A stretch of DNA of 31,382 nucleotides. It comes from a virus (Duplodnaviria > Caudoviricetes). Location of the stretch: the IMG/VR virus record IMGVR_UViG_3300005512_000203, positions 1 to 31,382 of that record. One strand, 5' to 3'. The first letter of the stretch is position 1. Every line of letters starts with the position of its first letter. Position numbers and translations under genes: made by a program. Of this stretch, positions 14,013-22,128 are shown piece after piece. The notes under the pieces were generated by a model that was given only the letters and a program-made list of their open reading frames with translations, did no database searches and was not told the DNA's origin.

Positions 14013-14097
14013 TAGTTTACCTTCGTAATTGAACAGTAAAATCAAACTACCTGGGGGAGATAAACTCCCCCGTCTTCGCTTGATTAGTAGTATATAG

Positions 14098-14631
14098 TCA
14101 CCAAGCGTGGTTTAACACGTTGGATTCGCACAACTGACGGTCAGAGTGCTTGAAGTAGTTGGTGCGCTTCCAACCACCAGATTGGGTGAACATGTTACGG
14201 ATGTAGAAGTTAAATCCGCGATTATCTTCCTGCCACTCAGGCATTGCCTGGTACTTATCAAGAACTGCGCGAAGTTCCTCAATCAAGCAAGCAAACAGTT
14301 CACGCTTGCGCTTCGAGACAACATCTTCAGCAAAATAAATGGTGGTCTCGTTGTACTTGGCGGAACTGAAAACATACACTGTGCCCTCCTTGGGGAGACC
14401 ACCGTTGTAAGTGGGATGTGCTTCCTTAGAAGACTTACACTCGATGTCAACGGTCTTGCCGTTGTCAAGTGTTACACGAAAGTCAGGAGAGTTCTGAGGA
14501 CCGTTAGGTTGCCAAACGTAGTTGTAACCAAACTTGTCAAGCAGATCCATGACTTGCTTCTCATGGAGAGGGTTATCCTGAGAGTTGGTCTTGAAAGGAA
14601 GTAGGAGAACTTCTTGCCAGAATTGTTGCAT
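14098..14631 (-). CDS. PD-(D/E)xK restriction-endonuclease-like protein, 177 aa
   Basis: HE..V helix, SPDF, IECKSS catalytic pattern. Confidence 0.75.
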   Translation of the reverse strand: MQQFWQEVLLLPFKTNSQDNPLHEKQVMDLLDKFGYNYVWQPNGPQNSPDFRVTLDNGKTVDIECKSSKEAHPTYNGGLPKEGTVYVFSSAKYNETTIYFAEDVVSKRKRELFACLIEELRAVLDKYQAMPEWQEDNRGFNFYIRNMFTQSGGWKRTNYFKHSDRQLCESNVLNHAW

Positions 14632-14713
14632 TGTTTTTTACCTTTGAATGTCTCGGACTTAATTGCCCGTTGTACAGTGGAGTCTTTAAGGGCGCTGCCG
14701 TTCCCATGAATCT

Positions 14714-14742
14714 ATATTAGCACATGATGGGAGAGTAGTCAA
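14714..14742 (-). promoter_or_regulatory. Sigma70-like promoter for the nuclease gene
   Basis: TTGACT(14737-14742)-17bp-TAATAT(14714-14719). Confidence 0.65.
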
Positions 14743-14953
14743 CCCCCTGATATGCTTCAGTGTTGAAGTCAGTAACCTCAGCACCGTTGGCGATCAGGTT
14801 GCGGATAGAATAGAGAGCATCGGTCTTGACAACAGTGCTGAAGGAAATCATCTCGCTCTCAGCACCAGGATGCCAGATCACACGCTTGACGAAACGCTTG
14901 CCACCAGCGACAGGGAAGAAGTCAACTTGGGTGGCGGAGTTCAGGAGTTGCAT
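14717..14953 (-). CDS. Small hypothetical protein, 78 aa
   Basis: ORF track; CAAGGGAAC leader; promoter 16. Confidence 0.85.
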   Translation of the reverse strand: MQLLNSATQVDFFPVAGGKRFVKRVIWHPGAESEMISFSTVVKTDALYSIRNLIANGAEVTDFNTEAYQGVDYSPIMC

Positions 14954-14978
14954 GGGGTGTTCCCTTGACGACTTCTAT

Positions 14979-15034
14979 AGAATACACCATCCGAGGGTGC
15001 TGTGCCAGGATAGTGGACAGTTCTTCAACTGTCC
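14979..15034 (-). promoter_or_regulatory. Early-type composite promoter 16
   Basis: TATTCT 14979-14984; perfect palindrome GGACAGTT-CTTC-AACTGTCC 15015-15034. Confidence 0.8.
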
Positions 15035-15036
15035 CC

Positions 15037-15075
15037 AAAAATAGGAACAATGTCAGTTTTGACATGTTCTGTTTT
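15037..15075 (-). terminator. Putative intrinsic terminator
   Basis: gaac-a-atgtca-gttt-tgacat-gttc hairpin (15045-15069) just after the stop at 15077, followed by TATTTTT on the minus strand. Confidence 0.5.
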
Positions 15076-15076
15076 G

Positions 15077-15367
15077 TTAATGTGTTGTTCCCACATTGCG
15101 GCGTCTTCCAAATTGTAAAAGATCGCTTCTTGGCGAGCAGTTCCCTTTTTCTTGTTCTTCATCCAAACAACTGCGTATTTCATGCCAAAAATTAGGATAA
15201 ACAATGAGTGTAGAGTAATGACGACCCCACCGCGAGTTTGCTGACTCTGGCAGTGGAATGTCTTTGAATACTATACTAACATAGTATTCACTGATGAAAG
15301 AAATATAACCTGTAGTGCCTCTATATTCTACAGGTTGTAACATTTCAAAATCAATCGACTTCATCAA
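15077..15367 (-). CDS. Hypothetical protein, ~96 aa
   Basis: ORF track. Confidence 0.75.
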   Translation of the reverse strand: MMKSIDFEMLQPVEYRGTTGYISFISEYYVSIVFKDIPLPESANSRWGRHYSTLIVYPNFWHEIRSCLDEEQEKGNCSPRSDLLQFGRRRNVGTTH

Positions 15368-15557
15368 ATGCTTTGCGATTCTTGTTCTCTGGTTTAGGAA
15401 GACGGAACATCTCTTTGAGATCGTTCAGATCATTTAATTGTTTCTGAAGATTGTCAATTTGTGCTTGTAAGATTTGAAAGTTGTGATCATTGTTGTTCTG
15501 CATCATCAACATATTGTTGATCGCTGTTTTAAAATCTTCTTCAGTCATTTTAATCAA
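15351..15557 (-). CDS. Small coiled-coil protein, 68 aa
   Basis: ORF track; LQAQIDNLQKQLNDL heptads. Confidence 0.8.
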   Translation of the reverse strand: MIKMTEEDFKTAINNMLMMQNNNDHNFQILQAQIDNLQKQLNDLNDLKEMFRLPKPENKNRKAFDEVD

Positions 15558-15575
15558 TATATCTCAAGTAATTTA

Positions 15576-15818
15576 TCAAAGATCAACATTACGATGTCCC
15601 AAAATCAATTCTAACGCACCCATCGCCTTTTCTTTCCTTAGTTTATGGTATGTAATAATTTCTTCAATCTCATCTTTGAGATCCTGATAGAATACATCAA
15701 GACTTACGTCATTATCCTCAAGATACTCATGGATACTATCTGCCAAGCGACACTTACGTTGCTTAGCGTATTCAGCGTTCCAATCTACATTCATTTCAGG
15801 GCGTCCTTCAATAGTCAT
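15576..15818 (-). CDS. Hypothetical protein, 80 aa
   Basis: ORF track. Confidence 0.8.
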   Translation of the reverse strand: MTIEGRPEMNVDWNAEYAKQRKCRLADSIHEYLEDNDVSLDVFYQDLKDEIEEIITYHKLRKEKAMGALELILGHRNVDL

Positions 15819-15821
15819 AAT

Positions 15822-17069
15822 TCAATACTCCGTAGCAGCAATACCTTTGACAAAGATAGCATCAACAACACGTTGAAGACGCTTTTCGGTTTGTTTACCA
15901 TAGTTGGTAAACACAGGAACAGTCACGAAACCAGTCTTCTTGCGATAAAACTCAAGACGACCAGGAGTGATCTTACCAGATTGTATATCAGCAGCATCCT
16001 GTTTGTCAAGTCGGATCACACGTCCGATAGTCTGTGCCATCTCAATCACAGGAAGATTGCGAAGGAGAATAGTATGGGTGAGACCAGGCACGTTGATACC
16101 TTCAGACAGGATGCTGTAGTGGAACATGATAAACTTACGGCTGGGATCTTTACCCCAGGCATCAAGAGTGTCAAAGAACTCTTGACGACCAACCTTAGTT
16201 TTGTTCACATAGGCACCGTGCTTGCTAGTGATGTGAAGAACATCATAACCTTTCTCAGCAAACTCTTGCATGACATTTGTGCTAGAGAGTAGAGCCCACA
16301 GCACACGAGTGTTAGGAGCAGCAACCAGAATCTTCTGGGCAGCGTCATCGTCAAGTTTGCTGACAATATCAGTCAGCACCTGACGATCGTTCTCAGCAGC
16401 GAGCAGAGACTTATGACGCTCGATGTCAACAACGTGGGGTTGAATGGTGGGAGGAATGATGCTACCGTTAGCAATCAGTTCAGGAGCAGGAACATTGATC
16501 AACTCGCTGCCATACACATCAGTATTGTTCATACTGATAGCACCACCACGATACTTTGGTGTGGCAGTAAGATAGTATGCTTGCTTAGCAGTCAGTGAAG
16601 CAGCAGCAACTTCCTTGAAGAAGTCACGGCGAACAGAATTGTGTGCCTCATCGTAATAGATGGTGTCAACATCAATGCCTGCCTCATTGATGCGACGAAG
16701 AGAATTGTAAGTGGTGAAGATCAGTTGGTGAGTGTTAGCAGCGGCACACACAGCAGCATGACAACGAATCTTGTCAATCTTAGTGGTGCTGTTACCATCA
16801 ACCTCACCACTATGAACATGGAGAGTACAAACATCTACCTTGCCGTTCAGTTCAGCAAAGAACTCTTCATACAACTGAACTGACAGAAGGATGCGAGGAG
16901 AGACCACTACGATAGTCTGGGGGCGGTCTGCCTGCTGAAGACGGCGCAGAGTGTCAAGGATCATCACAAGGGTCTTACCGCCGCCTGTGGGGCAGGTAAG
17001 ACGCCCACGGTCAGCAGACAGCAGAGCATCGAGCATACGCTGCTGGTGAGGGCGAAGGGTCAGGGTCAT
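15822..17069 (-). CDS. SF2 DEAH-box helicase (ResIII-like), 415 aa
   Basis: LRPHQ, PTGGGKT, YYDEAH, TATP, LSEGINVP, QTIGRVIR motifs. Confidence 0.93.
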   Translation of the reverse strand: MTLTLRPHQQRMLDALLSADRGRLTCPTGGGKTLVMILDTLRRLQQADRPQTIVVVSPRILLSVQLYEEFFAELNGKVDVCTLHVHSGEVDGNSTTKIDKIRCHAAVCAAANTHQLIFTTYNSLRRINEAGIDVDTIYYDEAHNSVRRDFFKEVAAASLTAKQAYYLTATPKYRGGAISMNNTDVYGSELINVPAPELIANGSIIPPTIQPHVVDIERHKSLLAAENDRQVLTDIVSKLDDDAAQKILVAAPNTRVLWALLSSTNVMQEFAEKGYDVLHITSKHGAYVNKTKVGRQEFFDTLDAWGKDPSRKFIMFHYSILSEGINVPGLTHTILLRNLPVIEMAQTIGRVIRLDKQDAADIQSGKITPGRLEFYRKKTGFVTVPVFTNYGKQTEKRLQRVVDAIFVKGIAATEY

Positions 17070-17091
17070 GCGGTGCGTCGTTGATGAGAAT

Positions 17092-17148
17092 AGTATAGGG
17101 CATGAGAAAGGGGTCCGAAGACCCCATGTGACAGTTCATTCACCATCA
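17092..17148 (-). promoter_or_regulatory. Early-type composite promoter 17 (degenerate distal arm)
   Basis: TATACT 17092-17097; tgacag-ttcattca-ccatca 17129-17148. Confidence 0.65.
17104..17125 (-). terminator. UUCG-tetraloop intrinsic terminator
   Basis: GGGGTC-TTCG-GACCCC-TTTCTC on the minus strand, typical of T4-like phages. Confidence 0.8.
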
Positions 17149-17188
17149 CACATAAGAACTCCAATCAGAGGTAACAGGAAAATTTTCA

Positions 17189-17779
17189 TTAATAAAATAC
17201 CAAAGGTTTGTTGGAGTGATAATCGCAAGCAATATCAAAAGCAATTGATATTCTTTGCTTTGTACATGGACCAGCAGCATGTAACATAAAAGACGGGAAC
17301 ATCATAACGTGTCCCTCTGGCACCATGTCCATGACCTTATACTTATTCATATAAGTTGAATTTGGTGCTTCACCATATGCCGAATAGAAAACTGTTGTAT
17401 TTGGTTCTTCAAGATGAAGCAAATATATTCCAGACCAATCGGCAGTGTTGTGCTTGTGTGTAAATGTTCTTCCTCCTGGTTTATAATCATTAAACCACAG
17501 AGAATTGATACGGAACTGCGGTGGTTTTTCACCCAGATCTTTTTCTTGGAACATTTGTTCAAATGGTTTCCACACTATTTCTTCAATTACACCTTCGTTA
17601 AAATAATCATACTGTTGGTAAAAGTATGACGTTCTAGATCCATCTTGATAATTTACTTTTTCATCTGGAGTGTTGAGGATATGTGGAATGAGGTATTCTT
17701 TGATTTCCTCATGATTGTTTACTTTTGTCCAAAAAACGAAAGGATTATCAAATTCATACAGCATAGTTCCACACCTCAA
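17189..17779 (-). CDS. 2OG-Fe(II) oxygenase (start may be 17764)
   Basis: WFNDY..GG...HKH...WSGIYLL, EG..MMFPSFMLH, RISIAF. Confidence 0.85.
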   Translation of the reverse strand: MRCGTMLYEFDNPFVFWTKVNNHEEIKEYLIPHILNTPDEKVNYQDGSRTSYFYQQYDYFNEGVIEEIVWKPFEQMFQEKDLGEKPPQFRINSLWFNDYKPGGRTFTHKHNTADWSGIYLLHLEEPNTTVFYSAYGEAPNSTYMNKYKVMDMVPEGHVMMFPSFMLHAAGPCTKQRISIAFDIACDYHSNKPLVFY

Positions 17780-18006
17780 TCATCGTCCACTCGGTCAACG
17801 GATGCGATGTCACAGACAGGAACTTCATGCTCATTACCAATACGATACCAATGCATCATATAACCATGGTATTCTGGGTGTGCTTGATATTCAGCAGTGT
17901 ATTCAAATTCACCCAGATATTTTACTTCGCTTTCTGGGATATTGTGATCACGGAGCATCGCTTGAAGTTGAAGATGCGTCAGTTCATATTGTGTAGGGAC
18001 TTTCAT
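17776..18006 (-). CDS. Hypothetical protein, 76 aa
   Basis: ORF track; ATGA coupling. Confidence 0.8.
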   Translation of the reverse strand: MKVPTQYELTHLQLQAMLRDHNIPESEVKYLGEFEYTAEYQAHPEYHGYMMHWYRIGNEHEVPVCDIASVDRVDDD

Positions 18007-18028
18007 GCTGTTTCACAAGTGTCTTACC

Positions 18029-18058
18029 ACCATAGCATGGGTGACACTAGAATGTCAA
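18029..18058 (-). promoter_or_regulatory. Sigma70-like promoter
   Basis: TTGACA(18053-18058)-18bp-TATGGT(18029-18034) with TG extension. Confidence 0.5.
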
Positions 18059-18450
18059 GAAGGAGGAGTCAATCTATCGTTGACATATGGAATTGTGCCA
18101 TCTGGTCTAATAACATATGCTCTAATCCAATGATCATCATCTGGTAAATTCTCTGGTCTTGGAAACCAATCAAAACAATTATCTACAGCGGATTGTTCTG
18201 TGTTAAAAATATAGAAAACATCTTTAGAATCAAGAATTGCATCAATTTCTGCTTCAGGAATGATCCAATTAGCAATGTCTGGATCTTCTGGATCTTGATC
18301 TACGTAATATGCTTTCACCGTTGCTTTCTTTTCATCTGACAATTCATGATATGCATGGTTGTCAATCACCAAAACATATTTTTGCTCAGATGATGCAATT
18401 CTATGACATATGTCATAAATTCCAAGAGGGTTCAATGAAATAAGTGCCAT
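18055..18450 (-). CDS. Hypothetical protein, 131 aa
   Basis: ORF track; TGATG coupling. Confidence 0.85.
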   Translation of the reverse strand: MALISLNPLGIYDICHRIASSEQKYVLVIDNHAYHELSDEKKATVKAYYVDQDPEDPDIANWIIPEAEIDAILDSKDVFYIFNTEQSAVDNCFDWFPRPENLPDDDHWIRAYVIRPDGTIPYVNDRLTPPS

Positions 18451-19337
18451 CAGATTTCTCCACTTTCAATATTTTCTAATAGAGCATCAAGCGTCGTGTC
18501 TTGTGCGTCTGGATTATATTTTGCTGTCATTTGCCATGGCATTAGAATTCTAGCGACAGATACCTCATCAATGTTTACAGTTCCAGCCATGATACTTAAA
18601 TAAGCAACAACTCTACCAGAGAATTTAATAAAGGTTTCTTGAGACAGTCTGTAAAAATGATTATATTGATCAGCAAGATACGCTACAGATGTATCATAAT
18701 TTTCTAATCCATATACGTCCATTCCAGATTCTGCCAACTCTTTATATTTTGTTGGTGTAATTGGAAATGGAACCTCAGCGGGTGGAATGCTTTTATAGTC
18801 ATTATGAATATCTCTTAACTTCTGACGATATTGTCTCCATAGTTCTCTATCTTCTTCAGACAAACCATTATCAGGCAACTGTGTCCAATCGCTATCAATC
18901 AAGAGAAACTTTCTAATAATTAAAATTTTGTTAAATGAAATAGAATTATCTCTATTATAGATTTGTTTGATGATTCTGTCCATGTCCAGATCATCAATCC
19001 CTTTAAACTCTGCATATTTTTCATTTAATTTCTGAATAGTTTGATCAACTTCAGATTGAGGTAGTTGAGAATGATCAAAAACGTATTCAACCCAACTATA
19101 TGTACCAGTTTTTTGATTTCTCTGGTATTTGTTCTTGATGGTCTTCATAGATCCATCATTATAAAGAACAAATGTTTCTAGTTTATCTCTATCAGAATCC
19201 CACAAAGGATACAAAATTGGAGCAATATTTTCTGTCCAAAACTTATCCGTAATTGTTTTGGTGATTGCTCCTTTCTGAATGGTCCTAGCAGTAGCATTTA
19301 GAAAGAGATCAACTAATTTTGGAGATGCGTAATCCAT
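18450..19337 (-). CDS. Tail fibre assembly chaperone-domain protein, 295 aa
   Basis: R..LL..SDWTQLPD..L......W..YRQ.LRDI signature. Confidence 0.85.
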   Translation of the reverse strand: MDYASPKLVDLFLNATARTIQKGAITKTITDKFWTENIAPILYPLWDSDRDKLETFVLYNDGSMKTIKNKYQRNQKTGTYSWVEYVFDHSQLPQSEVDQTIQKLNEKYAEFKGIDDLDMDRIIKQIYNRDNSISFNKILIIRKFLLIDSDWTQLPDNGLSEEDRELWRQYRQKLRDIHNDYKSIPPAEVPFPITPTKYKELAESGMDVYGLENYDTSVAYLADQYNHFYRLSQETFIKFSGRVVAYLSIMAGTVNIDEVSVARILMPWQMTAKYNPDAQDTTLDALLENIESGEI

Positions 19338-19340
19338 AGT

Positions 19341-19943
19341 TTATTGTATTTTAAGAGCCCATCCAGTCAAAATGTATTTATCCTCGGTAAAAACAGTATT
19401 ACCCTTATGAACATGAGTAAGACCAGCTGGGAAAATGCAAACTGTTCCCTTTTTAGGTTTTACTCTTCGTCTTTGATACAAGAATTCAGTTTCAGCTTCA
19501 CCATCTGGCATAGTATTCAAGTAAATTGTCCAAACTAATTCTCTATTACTGGAATCAGCAGAAGCATTTTCATAATGCCACTCATGATATCCACCTCCAG
19601 GAGAAGTTCTCTGACCCTTAATCGTATAAGATGCTAACTTTACTGATAGAAGTTGACTATATGTATTACAATAGTGTTTCAAACAACATTTCAAATATTG
19701 ACCAACCTCACTAGCCAAATCAACATCAAAATCATTTAATATAATTTGCTTGTCTTTTCTACCAAGAGACTTGTGTGGAAATTGATCCGAACCGTCCCCT
19801 ACTTCAAGACTAGTCTCCATAATATGATCCATTCTTTTAATTATTCTGTCACATAATTGATCTGGGATAAATTTATGCCACAAAGCAATAAAATCGTCAT
19901 ATTCCCCAACCATTTGGTCAATGGGAAAAATAAAATCTTCCAT
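19341..19943 (-). CDS. 2OG-Fe(II) oxygenase, prolyl-4-hydroxylase-like, 200 aa
   Basis: GYHEWHYE, WTIYLN, ETEF, PKKG...FPA...H.H.G, KYILTGW. Confidence 0.9.
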   Translation of the reverse strand: MEDFIFPIDQMVGEYDDFIALWHKFIPDQLCDRIIKRMDHIMETSLEVGDGSDQFPHKSLGRKDKQIILNDFDVDLASEVGQYLKCCLKHYCNTYSQLLSVKLASYTIKGQRTSPGGGYHEWHYENASADSSNRELVWTIYLNTMPDGEAETEFLYQRRRVKPKKGTVCIFPAGLTHVHKGNTVFTEDKYILTGWALKIQ

Positions 19944-19947
19944 AATT

Positions 19948-21482
19948 TTAGTATGCTTTTATCAAATATTTACATCTATGATACCTAGTGTTTAGAGGAA
20001 TGTTCTTTTCTGCGATAACGTCAGTTGTAACATTGATTGGTGTTGAAGGACTCATTTGGAATACCCCATCACCAACTAACATACCACTTTGTCGAACATT
20101 GATTGTTTCTTCAACGTAGTCAATATTACATAAACTGTTACCATCTCCAGCGTTAAAAACATTTCTTTCAATCGGTCTATAGAATAAAGTAACTGCTGCC
20201 AATCCATAATTATCTTCATTATCGGTATTATTATCTCCAATACCAGCAGTTCTAGTCTGTCTGATAATAAGTTCCATTTGTCCACCAGCAGCAGCACTTG
20301 ATTCCTGTAATATTATATCATAATTTGCCCAATTAGATCCAGCATCACTAGTGCTAATAACAGTATCTAACAATGCACTTGTTTCGGAACCAGAATTTCT
20401 ATAATAGCATACAATATCTTCCTCTGGAGTCCTTCCACCATTTCCATTATTACCAGCAATCATTAAGAATCGTATTCTCTCAACGTTTGATAAATCAAAA
20501 TCACCAAGCAAATATTCTCTCACATTAGCTGTGTTTGGACCTGTATATGGCAAATAACGATTAACAAGACCACTAAATCCAGGGATTCCAGCACCATTAC
20601 TAATTGCAAATTTATCATTATTAGTTGTCCCTGTTCCAGGAGTTTGTGGAACCATAGAAGTATTAGTTGATGATTTAACCCAACCAGCAGCAAAAGAACT
20701 TCCACTGGGAGTGCCATCTTCGGAACCAAAATAAAATCTACCAGCAGGAACACTTGGTTCTAAAGTAGTCGAACCGCCATCTTCCACTCCAACATAAGAA
20801 ATTGCCAAATATCCTTCTCCACCATTAGGAGAAGCGCCGCCACCTTGACCTTCACCTTGAACTGATCCAGAAATACCAATATTAGTATTAAGAATAGTGA
20901 GATTAGCTAACGCGCCTTGACCTCCACCTCCACCAGTCTCATTATATCCAGTGTATTCATATTCAACATTTACTTCCGCATAAGCACTGCCAGGAGCAAG
21001 GTCAAAAGTAGATTCTACATAATCACTTCTAGCAGCTGATCCGCCTCTGAAACCACCACTGCCACCACCATTTCCATTATGTCCAGCGCCAGCACCGCCA
21101 CCTTGACCACCAATACCGCCACCACCAGCAGAAGTAGGACCACATCCGCCGCCACCGCCGCCGCCACCACCAGCGGAACACCCTCCAGTAGTACCAGGAA
21201 CACCATTTACAAAATCAATAGCATCTGTTGTCGTAAATAAATTAGTTACAGCAGGTTCACCAGGATATCCTGGCCAACATCCATCATATGTGCCACCACC
21301 ATTATATCCACCACCACTACCACCGCCGCCACCGCCTCCGCCAGCGCCAACAATTAGAGTTGCTCCATTATAATACATTCCAGAGGCAGCACCACCGCCG
21401 CCACCAACAGCACCATTTCCATAAGCGCCACCACCCGAACGACCGCCTGCCCCAGAAACACTACTAGTTGTTCCACCTGGGG
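19948..21482 (-). CDS. C-terminal part of the Gly-rich tail fibre protein, separated by an out-of-frame duplication
   Basis: ORF 19948..21615; its first ~44 aa are off-frame; ends in the collar-fibre-like tail ..YHRCKYLIKAY. Confidence 0.8.
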
Positions 21483-22128
21483 CCGCCGCCTTGACCTTCA
21501 CCTTGAACTGATCCAGAAATACCAATATTAGTATTAAGAATACTGAGATTAGCTGACGCGCCTTGACCTCCACCTCCACCAGTCTCATTATATCCAGTGT
21601 ATTCATATTCAACATTTACTTCCGCATAAGCACTGCCAGGAGCAATGTCAAAAGTAGATTCTACATAATCACTTCTAGCAGCTGAACCCCCTCGTAGACC
21701 ACCACTGCCACCACCATTTCCATTATGTCCAGCGCCAGCACCGCCACCTTGACCACCAATACCGCCACCACCACCAGAGGTAGGACCACATCCGCCGCCG
21801 CCACCGCCGCCACCGCCAGCGGAACACCCTCCAGTAGTACCAGCAGCACCATTTACAAAATCAATAGCATCTGTTGTCGTAAATAAATTAGTTACAGCAG
21901 ATTCACCAGGATATCCTGGCCAACATCCATCATATGTGCCACCACCATTATATCCACCACCACTACCACCGCCGCCACCGCCACCGCCAGCGCCAACAAT
22001 TAGAGTTGCTCCATTATAATACATTCCAGAGGCAGCACCACCACCGCCACCAACAGCACCATTTCCATAAGCGCCACCACCCGAACGACCGCCTGCCCCA
22101 GAAACACTACTAGTTGTTCCACCTGGGG
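20837..22128. repeat. 646-bp tandem duplication (20837-21482, 21483-22128), about 97% identical
   Basis: Constant offset of 646 at both ends; about 19 substitutions counted by eye. Confidence 0.95.

Noticed and set aside
7292-15576. T4-type late promoters (ATAAATT at 7292-7298 and 15570-15576)
   Set aside because: They deviate from TATAAATA/ATAAATA and are too short to support without TSS data
448-17148. NtcA or CRP binding sites
   Set aside because: Arms do not match GTA-N8-TAC or TGTGA-N6-TCACA, and the centre is near -54 rather than -41.5
21464-21615. Programmed frameshift or independent start linking the two fibre ORFs
   Set aside because: The frame break coincides exactly with the duplication junction; the N-terminus of the 555-aa ORF is off-frame text
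21050-22090. (CCA/CCG)n microsatellites or collagen repeats
   Set aside because: They are simply poly-glycine codons of the fibre domain, without G-X-Y periodicity
20837-22128. Diversity-generating retroelement TR/VR pair in the tail fibre
   Set aside because: Differences are not adenine-specific, the repeat is long and tandem, and no reverse transcriptase is present in the window
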